A stretch of DNA of 64,000 nucleotides, from positions 32,001 through 96,000 of the forward strand of contig CAVPZX010000003.1 in NCBI GenBank assembly GCA_963710375.1, read 5' to 3'. The DNA is from Nitrospirota bacterium. Its GTDB lineage: Bacteria; Nitrospirota; Thermodesulfovibrionia; Thermodesulfovibrionales; Dissulfurispiraceae. The notes under the pieces were generated by a model. The model saw nothing but the letters and a program-made list of their open reading frames with translations. It was not told where the DNA came from and searched no databases. A program made the translations under genes and the position numbers. Positions 50,765 through 59,804 of the stretch are shown piece after piece (positions within the stretch are counted from its first letter, which is position 1; every line of letters begins with the position of its first letter).

Positions 50765-51610
50765 ATGAAACGCCTTGTCTTAATGTTCGTCGCAGTCTGT
50801 TTTTCTTTTCCGCTGTTGCTTCTGCCGGAAGCGCAGGGCCGCGAGGAATTGCCTTCAGGACGTTCCGTCTCTTCAGGTGACATCGGGGTGAACGAGCGGC
50901 TCGGACAGAACATTCCGCTCGACGCAGTTTTTTATGATGAGCAGGGCAACATGACAACACTTAGACAACTGGTCAACAGGCCGGTTGTCCTGAGTCTTGT
51001 CTATTACAGTTGCGACCGCATCTGCCCGCAGTTGCTTGGAGCGATAGCAGCTATAACCGGAGCATTGAAATATGTTCCGGGCAAAGACTATTCCTTGATT
51101 ACCATCAGTTTTGATCCGGAAGATACTCCCAAAACTGCCCGTGATGCGAAAAGGAATTACATCAATTTCATCGGACCGTCGTTCCCCGAAGACGCGTGGA
51201 GGTTTTTGACCGGAACGAGTGACAACATCAAACTGGTCCTCGATGCCGCAGGGTTTGCGATAAGAAAGGATGATATCCACGGTTTTTCGCATCCGGCAGC
51301 CCTTGTTGTGGTATCTCCCAAAGGGAAAATCGTCCGCTACGTTTATCCTGTGAGCGATATCAACTTCTCTTTGCCTCACCCGCTTGCGTTTCAACCCTTC
51401 GACCTGACCCTTGCTATTGCGGATGCGGCAAAAGAGAAGACCGGATTCAGTGTTCAGAGGGCGGTGGCATATTGCTTCCCACATGAACCCAAAGGGCAGG
51501 AGACCTTTTTTAACATATTGAAAATATCCGGCGCTGTCATTGCATTTTGTGTCCTGTCTTTCTTTATTTACCTGGTGTCTGCCGGAAATGCTCTGAAGAG
51601 GGACAAATAA
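50765..51610 (+). CDS. SCO family copper chaperone
   Basis: YYSCDRICP, ISFDPEDT and conserved His. Confidence 0.9.
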   Translation: MKRLVLMFVAVCFSFPLLLLPEAQGREELPSGRSVSSGDIGVNERLGQNIPLDAVFYDEQGNMTTLRQLVNRPVVLSLVYYSCDRICPQLLGAIAAITGALKYVPGKDYSLITISFDPEDTPKTARDAKRNYINFIGPSFPEDAWRFLTGTSDNIKLVLDAAGFAIRKDDIHGFSHPAALVVVSPKGKIVRYVYPVSDINFSLPHPLAFQPFDLTLAIADAAKEKTGFSVQRAVAYCFPHEPKGQETFFNILKISGAVIAFCVLSFFIYLVSAGNALKRDK

Positions 51611-53191
51611 TGGATACATTCTACGCTGATCTCGGGCAGAGGCGCGGTCTTGCGGCATGGATGATGTCCACCGATCATAAAAGGCTCGGTATCATGTATC
51701 TGACAGCGCTGCTTGTGTTTTTTTCTATCGGCGTGTCGCTGGGCGTGCTGATTAGGCTTAATCTCATCTCGCCCGGCACGTTTGTCCAGGCCCACAACTA
51801 TAACAGACTGTTTACCATACACGGCATAATAATGATTTTTCTTTTTATCATACCGGGGATACCGGCGTCGTTCGGGAATTTCTTCCTTCCGCTCCTCATC
51901 GGCGCCCGTGACGTGGCATTCCCTAGGATAAACCGTTTGTCATGGTGGCTTTACGTTACCGGAGCGGTTGTTGTTATCGCGTCGCTTTTTTTCGGCGGCG
52001 GGCCGCTCGATACAGGATGGACGTTCTACGCGCCTTACAGCATCCAGACAAGAACAAATGTATCTATGGCCGTGCTCGGAGTTTTTATACTCGGGTTTTC
52101 ATCTATTTTGACCGGCCTGAACTTTATCACCACCATTCATCGCCTAAGGGCACCGGGCATGACCTGGCACAGGATGCCCCTCTTTGTTTGGACGCTCTAT
52201 GCTACGGGCTGGGTCCAGTTATTGGCCACTCCCACAATAGCCATTGCTCTCCTTCTCATTATTCTTGAGCGGTTCTTCGGAATCGGGTTCTTCGATCCTG
52301 CCAAGGGAGGGGACCCAGTGCTTTTCGAGCACATGTTTTGGATATATTCCCACCCTGCAGTTTATATCATGGTGCTGCCGGCCATGGGAGTTATTTCAGA
52401 GATAGTCCCGGTATTTTCCCGGAAGGTCATTTTCGGTTACAGGGCAGTTGCGTACTCGGCCATTGCTATTGCTGCCGTGGGTTATCTTGTCTGGGGGCAT
52501 CATATGTTTACGAGCGGCATGAGCGATACGGCGAGGGTTGTTTTCTCATTCTTCACATTTCTTGTTGCCGTGCCGAGCGGAATGAAGGTATTTAATTGGG
52601 TCGGCACGCTGTATAAGGGGTCCATCAGGCTCGACACCCCCATGCTGTATGCACTGTCTTTCATCTTCCTGTTTTCCATCGGAGGTCTCACAGGCCTCAT
52701 ACAGAGCGCGGTTTCGACAAACCTGCACCTGCACAGCACCTATTGGATTGTGGCCCATTTCCACTATGTAATGTTCGGAGGCATGGGGTTTTCTTTTTTG
52801 GGTGCGCTGCATTACTGGTTTCCGAAGATGTTTGGCAGGATGTACCGGGAGCGTCCTGCAAAGATAGGCTGTCTGGTGTTCTTCATAGGATTCAACATCC
52901 TCTATCTCAGCATGTTTATTCTCGGCTACAACGGGATGCCGCGCCGCTATTTCGATTATCCTCCGCAATTTTTTCCCGGGCAGACTGGCTGCGACAATCG
53001 GATCATGGATATTGGCGGCCGGACTCATAATCATTTTCAGAAACCTGATAGTCGCCTTTTACAAGGGGCCTAAGGCCCCTGACAACCCGTGGGGAGGTTC
53101 GACGCTGGAATGGCAGGTGCCTTCTCCTCCTCCCCACGAAAACTTCGGGAAGATGCCTGTGATAACGCGTGGACCATATTCATTTGAATAA
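51610..53191 (+). CDS. ctaD: Heme-copper oxidase subunit I, A2 type (+1 frameshift near 52984)
   Basis: TDHKRLG, WIYSHPAVY, WGHHM, AHFHY and GMPRRY; the C-terminus NPWGGSTLEW...PPPHENF is in the shifted frame. Confidence 0.95.
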
Positions 53192-53193
53192 TT

Positions 53194-53823
53194 ATGACTG
53201 ATAAAGTAACGATAGAGAGCAGCACCGAAGAGAAGCACACCGGGTATACGGGTGCAAAGTTCGGCATGTGGTTTTTTCTTATGACCGAACTGATTTTTTT
53301 TGGAGGGTTGTTCCTGTTGTATTCTGTTTACCGTTTTAAATATCCCGCTGACTTTCATATTGCTGCGCTCGATGAAAATATTGTAATCGGTTCGTTGAAC
53401 ACGATCATTCTTATTACCAGCAGCTTTACTATGGCACTTTCTATCAGCGCAGTCAGAAAAGGAAACAATTTGCTGTCTTCATGGCTCCAGGCAGGCACCA
53501 TTGCGATGGGATGTATTTTTCTGGTTAACAAATATATTGAATGGAGCGACAAGATAGTACGGGGCATTTATCCCGGCTCATCTTTGATGATGCAGAAGAA
53601 AAAGGGCGAGATACTCTTCTACGGCCTTTATTACGTTATGACCGGCATACATGCATTTCATGTCATTGTCGGCATAGGTATTATAAGTGTGATGTTTTTT
53701 TTGACCCGGAGCGGGGCAATCAACAGCGGGTCATTCATAAAGCTTGAAAATACCGGGCTATACTGGCATTTTGTGGACATAGTCTGGATTTACCTTTTTC
53801 CGCTCTTTTATCTGGTCACTTAA
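53194..53823 (+). CDS. ctaE: Cytochrome c oxidase subunit III
   Basis: GMWFFLMTE, TGIHAFHV and LYWHFVDIVW motifs. Confidence 0.95.
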   Translation: MTDKVTIESSTEEKHTGYTGAKFGMWFFLMTELIFFGGLFLLYSVYRFKYPADFHIAALDENIVIGSLNTIILITSSFTMALSISAVRKGNNLLSSWLQAGTIAMGCIFLVNKYIEWSDKIVRGIYPGSSLMMQKKKGEILFYGLYYVMTGIHAFHVIVGIGIISVMFFLTRSGAINSGSFIKLENTGLYWHFVDIVWIYLFPLFYLVT

Positions 53824-53831
53824 AAAAATAC

Positions 53832-53950
53832 AGGTTAAGGCTAAGGTTAAGGCAAAGGCAAAGGCAAAGGACATTGTAATTATGTATAAAAGGATAAATA
53901 TGTTTTTTTCGCTGTTCGTTTGCTTAACCTTAACCTTGACCTCAACCTTG
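53832..53950. repeat. Hexamer tandem-repeat hairpin (AGGTTA/AGGCAA ... CTTAAC)
   Basis: aggtta aggcta aggtta aggcaa x3 ... cttaac cttaac cttgac ctcaac. Confidence 0.8.
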
Positions 53951-53960
53951 GATTTTTGAC

Positions 53961-54248
53961 ATGGAAGATGCACGCACTCATATAACGAGTTACAAAACAT
54001 ATGCATTCATATGGGCGGGTCTTTTGTTTCTGACCGGCCTTACCATCGCGGTTGGAAGAATGAATTTCACGAGTTTCAGCGTGCTGATCTGTCTTGCTAT
54101 CGCGTCCATAAAGGCCCTGCTCGTCCTCATGTTTTTCATGCATGTCCGTTATGAAGGGGCTTTTCTCAGGGCTGTAATTTTGCTCACGGTTTTTACTTTG
54201 ACGTTCATGATAGGGCTTACGTTTGTGGATGTATGGTACAGATACTGA
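53961..54248 (+). CDS. ctaF: Cytochrome c oxidase subunit IV family protein
   Basis: IASIKALLVLMFFMHVRYE. Confidence 0.9.
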   Translation: MEDARTHITSYKTYAFIWAGLLFLTGLTIAVGRMNFTSFSVLICLAIASIKALLVLMFFMHVRYEGAFLRAVILLTVFTLTFMIGLTFVDVWYRY

Positions 54249-54303
54249 TGATGAAAAATAATTTTATTGCGTTCAGCGCTCAGCGATGCAGCGCGCCTAA
54301 GAG

Positions 54304-55212
54304 TTGACTATGCTATCGGAAATTTCAAATACCGCTGGAGAGATAGATCTTGCTTTCCTATACATAACGGGGATGTCTGTGGTCCTTCTTGTGCTGATCA
54401 CTTCCTTCATGCTGTATTCCCTTATCAGGTATAATGCGAAAAGACATCCCCACGCTGAACAGCTCGAAGGAAATGTCGCCACAGAGATAATCCTGACGAT
54501 TATCCCGGTAATTCTGGTGCTCGTCATGTTTTATATTGGATGGACTAATTTTTCCTATTTGCGCAATGCGCCGAAAGACGCCATGCCCGTTAAAGTCACC
54601 GGCATGCAGTGGTCCTGGCGGTTTGAATACAAGAACGGAAAACAGAATGATGTGCTCAATGTGCCTGTCGGTAAACCGGTTGAGTTGATTCTGACCTCTG
54701 CTGACGTGATCCACAGTCTTTATATCCCGGCTTTCAAAATAAAAGAGGATGCGGTGCCTGGTATGAAGACGCACTTATGGTTTAAAGCAAATCAACTTGG
54801 ATCATATGATATTTATTGCACCGAATATTGCGGGACCGGACATTCTCATATGCTGTCAAAGGTGGTCGTTATGGCTCAGGATGCGTTTGACAAATGGTAT
54901 GCCAGCGCCGCGCCCGCCGGGAAAGAGAACAAGGGCTTGCACTTGTTGCAGGACAAGGGATGCTTGGGCTGCCATACTACCGACGGCACGAAGAAAATAG
55001 GTCCGACATTTAAGGGGATATTCGGCAGGAAGGAAACAGTCATCACCGACGGCAGGGAGCATGAACTTACTGTTGACGAAGCCTTTCTAAGAAAGGCTGT
55101 CCTTCAACCCGGCGCTGATCTGGTGAAAGGGTATCCCAATATAATGCCTAAGCTGCCGGTGACACCGGAGGAACTCGACTCAATCATTGTGGCTCTGAAG
55201 GAATTGAAGTGA
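54304..55212 (+). CDS. ctaC: Cytochrome c oxidase subunit II with C-terminal cytochrome c
   Basis: DVIHS, CuA motif CTEYCGTGHSHM, heme c motif CLGCH. Confidence 0.95.
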   Translation: MTMLSEISNTAGEIDLAFLYITGMSVVLLVLITSFMLYSLIRYNAKRHPHAEQLEGNVATEIILTIIPVILVLVMFYIGWTNFSYLRNAPKDAMPVKVTGMQWSWRFEYKNGKQNDVLNVPVGKPVELILTSADVIHSLYIPAFKIKEDAVPGMKTHLWFKANQLGSYDIYCTEYCGTGHSHMLSKVVVMAQDAFDKWYASAAPAGKENKGLHLLQDKGCLGCHTTDGTKKIGPTFKGIFGRKETVITDGREHELTVDEAFLRKAVLQPGADLVKGYPNIMPKLPVTPEELDSIIVALKELK

Positions 55213-56084
55213 GTACCACTTTGGCGAAGCTCCATTCTTACTCGGAACTTTCCAAGATACGGATTTCTTTTTTTTCTGCTCTGTCTGCTTCTGCCTGCTT
55301 TGTGCTTGCATCCGGCGGCTTTACAATGCAGTGCGCACTTGTAACTGCCGGTGTTTTTTTCCTGGCCTCCGGTTCCTGCGCCATGAACCATTATCAGGAA
55401 AGGGACACGGACCGGCTCATGCCGAGGACCTGGGACCGGCCTATCCCTTCGGGCAGGATAAGACCCGGGCATGCATTGGTCTTTTCTCTTTTATTAATGT
55501 GCACTGGAAGCGCCGTACTCCTTGCATTCAGCGGCATAGAAGTCTTGCTCCTTGGGCTTTTTGCTGCTATCTGGTATAACGGAGTTTACGTGTACCTCAA
55601 GAAGATAAGCGCTTTTTCGATAATTCCGGGCGCGCTAACCGGGGCGGTGCCTCCTGCTATAGGATGGATAAGCGGCGGAGGAATGTTTTTTTCACCGGCA
55701 CTTGGCGCGCTTTGTCTCTGTTTTTTTATCTGGCAGGTCCCTCACTCCTGGTTATTGTATCTCGAATACGGCGGGGAATATGAAAAAGCCGGTTTGCCGT
55801 CGCTGACACGCATATGGAGCAGGCGGCAGATCATAAGGGCTACTTTTGTCTGGACACTCTGCACTGCTGTAATCTGCCTGATATTCTCTCTTTATTTGGC
55901 GGTCATTGCGCCTCTCATTCGCATTGCGCTGCTTGTCTCGGCGTTATGGATGTCCGGCAGCGCCGTAATGCTTTTAAATGGGGAAAGGAGCAGGAATGCC
56001 CGCGCCTTCCTCTTTGGAAAACTGAACGCCTATCTTTTTGTCATCATGACACTGCTCGTCTGCAGCAGGCTGTTCGATCTATAG
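55209..56084 (+). CDS. ctaB: Protoheme IX farnesyltransferase (heme O synthase)
   Basis: N...ERDTDRLMPRT..RPIPSGRI, GAVPPAIGW and WQVPH motifs. Confidence 0.92.
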   Translation: MSTTLAKLHSYSELSKIRISFFSALSASACFVLASGGFTMQCALVTAGVFFLASGSCAMNHYQERDTDRLMPRTWDRPIPSGRIRPGHALVFSLLLMCTGSAVLLAFSGIEVLLLGLFAAIWYNGVYVYLKKISAFSIIPGALTGAVPPAIGWISGGGMFFSPALGALCLCFFIWQVPHSWLLYLEYGGEYEKAGLPSLTRIWSRRQIIRATFVWTLCTAVICLIFSLYLAVIAPLIRIALLVSALWMSGSAVMLLNGERSRNARAFLFGKLNAYLFVIMTLLVCSRLFDL

Positions 56085-56408
56085 CCTGAAACCGTTCTCG
56101 CTTAAAAAAGAAATGTTATTAGGAAAGACGCGCTCTCAACACCGGGCCTTTCTTTTATCTAATTACTCTTAATGAAATTTCTGGAAGTGATCTTTCCTGG
56201 CTTCACCGACTTATCAATCCTAATAGGAAACCAAAACGTCATCAACAGTGCAACCAGAATAAAACACCTTCGGAAAAACTTGAGGACGAGAAGTACAGCC
56301 CCGCTAACAAACACTTTAGCGATGAGGACTTCGGGCAACAACTGCTTCCTGCAAATCGAGACCTGTGCTGTACTTCTCGTCCATGGAGATTTCAATAGGA
56401 AATTGATA

Positions 56409-56963
56409 CTAAGGAATTTGGATAAGCTTTAATGCTACGCCGATAAGTGCGGCCTGTTCTTTGCTCATTTCGCCCAAACTGTCACGTCGTTCTGTCATGC
56501 GCCGAAAACGAGTGAAGTCTGTCGGTAACCCTTCGGTATCCACAAGATAAGCAATTTTCTGGATAATCCCCCTGATGTCTTCCGGATGTTTTATCCGACC
56601 TTTTACCTTGGGAAAATATTTCATCTTCAGCCGGCCTCTGGCACTGTCAAACTCGATATCCGTAACTCGGTGCAAAGCGAGGATGACATAATCACCGAGC
56701 GCTTGCCAAAAGATCGCATCGTGATCTTTCCAGGACGGAAGATAAAAGCGCAATAAGGCAGGCTGCTTTTTTCCGTTTGACAGAATGCTCTTATAAAGAA
56801 TAACAGGGTAATTATATACCTCATGATTATCGATCGCTTCTAATTTTTCAAACAAATTGATTCTTTGCTGCTTGCGAAATATCTTATCGATCTGGTCTAA
56901 TACGCCGCCCTGTCCATGACCTTCTTGAACTTTTTCGAGTGCCGTTTCTAAAGTGTTTGTCAT
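56409..56963 (-). CDS. Hypothetical protein
   Basis: 184-aa ORF with SD AAGGAG; no family recognised. Confidence 0.7.
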   Translation of the reverse strand: MTNTLETALEKVQEGHGQGGVLDQIDKIFRKQQRINLFEKLEAIDNHEVYNYPVILYKSILSNGKKQPALLRFYLPSWKDHDAIFWQALGDYVILALHRVTDIEFDSARGRLKMKYFPKVKGRIKHPEDIRGIIQKIAYLVDTEGLPTDFTRFRRMTERRDSLGEMSKEQAALIGVALKLIQIP

Positions 56964-57054
56964 TGTTCGACTCCTTGCAGTATTCTAGGCTGTGAAGTAA
57001 GCTGCATAGCCGCCAGATGAAGCACATGGCTAATCTGGCTTGAGTCTGCCCCAA

Positions 57055-57070
57055 TGCAGTCTTTATGCCA
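57055..57070 (-). promoter_or_regulatory. sigma54 promoter
   Basis: TGGCATAAAGACTGCA on the minus strand, GG-N10-GC, about 90 nt upstream of 56963. Confidence 0.7.
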
Positions 57071-57401
57071 CAAACAATCCATTTAACAGCAAGTCTTGAT
57101 TTTCCTTGAAGCTATATCAATTGCTCATTCCAGATTTCAAGAATCCATCGAGAGGCCTGTTTAACATATTACCATAAGCGACTGTAATGGGAAACTCCTT
57201 CCTGCAAATCAACAGTAGTTTCCAGTTTTAATAACTATTTTATTCCATTCGTAACCAACGTCTTTGAGGCATCGATAAGTTTCTCTTTACCCACATATTA
57301 CATGGGCTTCAGATGAATAGAAAAGGCAAATCATTAGAGGCGTGTAATTATATTGTTCATGAACTGGATTTTTTTTCTTTTTGAAGGTAAAATGAAAAGT
57401 T

Positions 57402-58034
57402 ATGGATATTGTACCAATCAAGATTGATGTTGGTGAGGGGAAGGCGTGGGACGAGGTCTGCGGGCTTTCCCGCGAAGATGTGAGCGGGCGGACAGCCGCG
57501 GTCTATGATGAAAAGGCAGGGGCCTATATACTGCGCTGCTTCGGCATAGATTTCCATGTCGACCCCTGCGAGATGAGAATTGCTTGTCCGTCAGATAAGG
57601 GAGCGATTTTTATGGACAAGCTGAAAACATTTTTCCGGCTTACGGTGCTGTGCTATATGGCTAGCGCCAAAGATATCCCTGCGACCGGGAGGCTCATCAG
57701 GCCGGTTGATGTCAAGGGAGGCCACCGTTTTTCAGCCGGCACCCATGTGCTTCCGCTTGATGCCATCGCAGCCAGATATGGTAAAGATAAAGAGGGATTC
57801 TTAGAGCGGGGCAAGGCCATGGGCGCGGAGGTTGTCACCGGCTATGGGGATGCCTGCCTCAGGCTCTACCCGCTGCCGCGGGTACCGATAACACTGGTGT
57901 TGTGGCTCGAAGATGAGGAGTTCCCTGCAAAGGTGGACCTGTTTTTCGATTCGACCTGCGAATATCAGCTTTCTCGTTCAGATACCATCTGGGCGTCGGC
58001 CCTGATGTGCACCGTAATCATGGCCGAAGCATGA
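57402..58034 (+). CDS. DUF3786 domain protein
   Basis: YGDA...LPRVPITLVLW..DEEFPA....FD signature. Confidence 0.8.
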   Translation: MDIVPIKIDVGEGKAWDEVCGLSREDVSGRTAAVYDEKAGAYILRCFGIDFHVDPCEMRIACPSDKGAIFMDKLKTFFRLTVLCYMASAKDIPATGRLIRPVDVKGGHRFSAGTHVLPLDAIAARYGKDKEGFLERGKAMGAEVVTGYGDACLRLYPLPRVPITLVLWLEDEEFPAKVDLFFDSTCEYQLSRSDTIWASALMCTVIMAEA

Positions 58035-58092
58035 CACATCTTCATTTCAGGGTGAGAGAGTTTAACAAGTATGAAAATGTTAATATATAAGG

Positions 58093-58749
58093 GTGTCCGA
58101 AATTAATAGTGATTCCCTTATTGCCGAGATAGAACTGCATCAACTGATGTCACCTATACGGACCGACACGCCTGAGAAGGCCCTGAGAGTTGCAGAGGCG
58201 TGCATTAACGGAGGGTTTCGTTTTGTAGAAATCACCTTTTCCGTACCTGACGCTGAAGGTGTAATAGCGGAACTCAGTCGAAGAAAAGATGCGGTGATAG
58301 GCGCAGGCACTGTACTAAGCATCAGCGAAGCTAAACGTGCGCTGAAGGCAGGTGCGGCATACATTGTCAGCCCGAATGCGGATGAAAGCGTGATAAAGTT
58401 TACAAAGAAGGAGGGGGTTGTTTCAATTCCAGGTGCATGTACCCCCACCGAGATTTACAGTGCGTATAAGGCGGGTGGCGATATAATCAAGCTGTTCCCT
58501 TTTGTGGAGATCGGCGGCCTGGATTTCCTTAAAACTATAAGGGGTCCGTTGCCCTTTATAAAATATATGCTGTGCGGGGGCGTCAACTTCGAAAATTTCG
58601 AGAAGTATCTCGAAGCGAGAGCCTCCTGCATCCTTGTCGGGTCCTCAGTACTGCGACGCGAATTTGTGGCAGCGGAGGACTGGGCTTCTATAGCCGGGCT
58701 TGCGAGGGAATTTGTCCTCAGGAGGGACAAATGGCGGGCGACACAATAA
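58093..58749 (+). CDS. eda: KDPG/KHG aldolase (Eda family)
   Basis: VEITF, IGAGTV, IVSP, TPTE, KLFP and GGV motifs. Confidence 0.85.
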   Translation: MSEINSDSLIAEIELHQLMSPIRTDTPEKALRVAEACINGGFRFVEITFSVPDAEGVIAELSRRKDAVIGAGTVLSISEAKRALKAGAAYIVSPNADESVIKFTKKEGVVSIPGACTPTEIYSAYKAGGDIIKLFPFVEIGGLDFLKTIRGPLPFIKYMLCGGVNFENFEKYLEARASCILVGSSVLRREFVAAEDWASIAGLAREFVLRRDKWRATQ

Positions 58750-58825
58750 ATGTTGAATGTTGAATTCTGAATGTTGAATTAATCAAACAGCTATAATTTA
58801 TCATTCAAAATTCAACATCCAAAAT
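58749..58825. repeat. Heptamer tandem-repeat hairpin (AATGTTG units)
   Basis: aatgttg aatgttg aattctg aatgttg ... attcaaa attcaac atccaaa. Confidence 0.8.
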
Positions 58826-58849
58826 CTTATTTTACAGGGAGGCTTCATT

Positions 58850-59800
58850 ATGTATCGTCCACAGATAAAGGTCCTGGACTGCACCATCCGCGATGGCGGA
58901 TTGATCAATAAATGGCAGTTCGGTGATGACTTTGTGAAAAAGGTCTTTCAGGCCCTTTCACGGGCAGGTGTCGATTACATGGAAATAGGCTATAAATCAT
59001 CTGAGAAATATTTCTCCCGGGCTGAAAACGGGGCATGGAAATTCTGCACCGATGATGACATAAGGCGGGCGATAGGGGAAAAGAACGGCAGCATGAAGCT
59101 TTCAGCGATGGCTGACATCGGCAGGATAGATGCCGCCGACATCCCGCCCAAAAGCGATAGCGTACTGGACATGATCAGAGTTGCCTGCTACGCCCACGAG
59201 ACAGACAAGGGGATCAGTCTTGCCCATCATTGCCAGGACAAGGGCTACGAAGTGACAATTAACCTTATGGCCGTCTCAAAGGTTATCGAACGTGACCTGG
59301 ATGAGGCCCTAGACGACCTCTCGAAGAGCAGCGTGCCTGTTATTTATCTTGTAGACAGTTTTGGCGCCATGTATTCAGAGCAGATCCATTTTTTCGCCAA
59401 GAAATACTTTGAAGCCATGCCGGGGAAGGAACTCGGCATTCATACCCACAACAACCAGCAGCTAGGCTTTGCCAATACCATAGAGGCGATTATTGCGGGA
59501 ATCAACCGGATTGATGCTACGATCTACGGCATGGGAAGGGGCGCCGGTAACTGCCCTCTCGAACTCCTGCTCAGTTTCCTCAAGAACCCGAAATTCGACT
59601 TAGGACCTGTCCTGGAGGTTATCCAGGAATTATTCATCCCGTTGAAGGCTGAGGTTGAATGGGGATACCACATACCCTATATGATTACCGGTATACTTAA
59701 CGAACATCCAAGAAGCGGGATGAAGGCCATGGCAGCGAAGGAATTGCCCAACCTCATGCAGTTATATGAAGACTTGAGAGATGGCACCCCCCTAGATTAG
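58850..59800 (+). CDS. DRE-TIM metallolyase, 4-hydroxy-2-oxovalerate-aldolase-like (HMGL-like)
   Basis: DCTIRDGG, VDSFG, HTHNNQQL and GMGRGAGN motifs. Confidence 0.88.
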   Translation: MYRPQIKVLDCTIRDGGLINKWQFGDDFVKKVFQALSRAGVDYMEIGYKSSEKYFSRAENGAWKFCTDDDIRRAIGEKNGSMKLSAMADIGRIDAADIPPKSDSVLDMIRVACYAHETDKGISLAHHCQDKGYEVTINLMAVSKVIERDLDEALDDLSKSSVPVIYLVDSFGAMYSEQIHFFAKKYFEAMPGKELGIHTHNNQQLGFANTIEAIIAGINRIDATIYGMGRGAGNCPLELLLSFLKNPKFDLGPVLEVIQELFIPLKAEVEWGYHIPYMITGILNEHPRSGMKAMAAKELPNLMQLYEDLRDGTPLD

Positions 59801-59804
59801 CACC

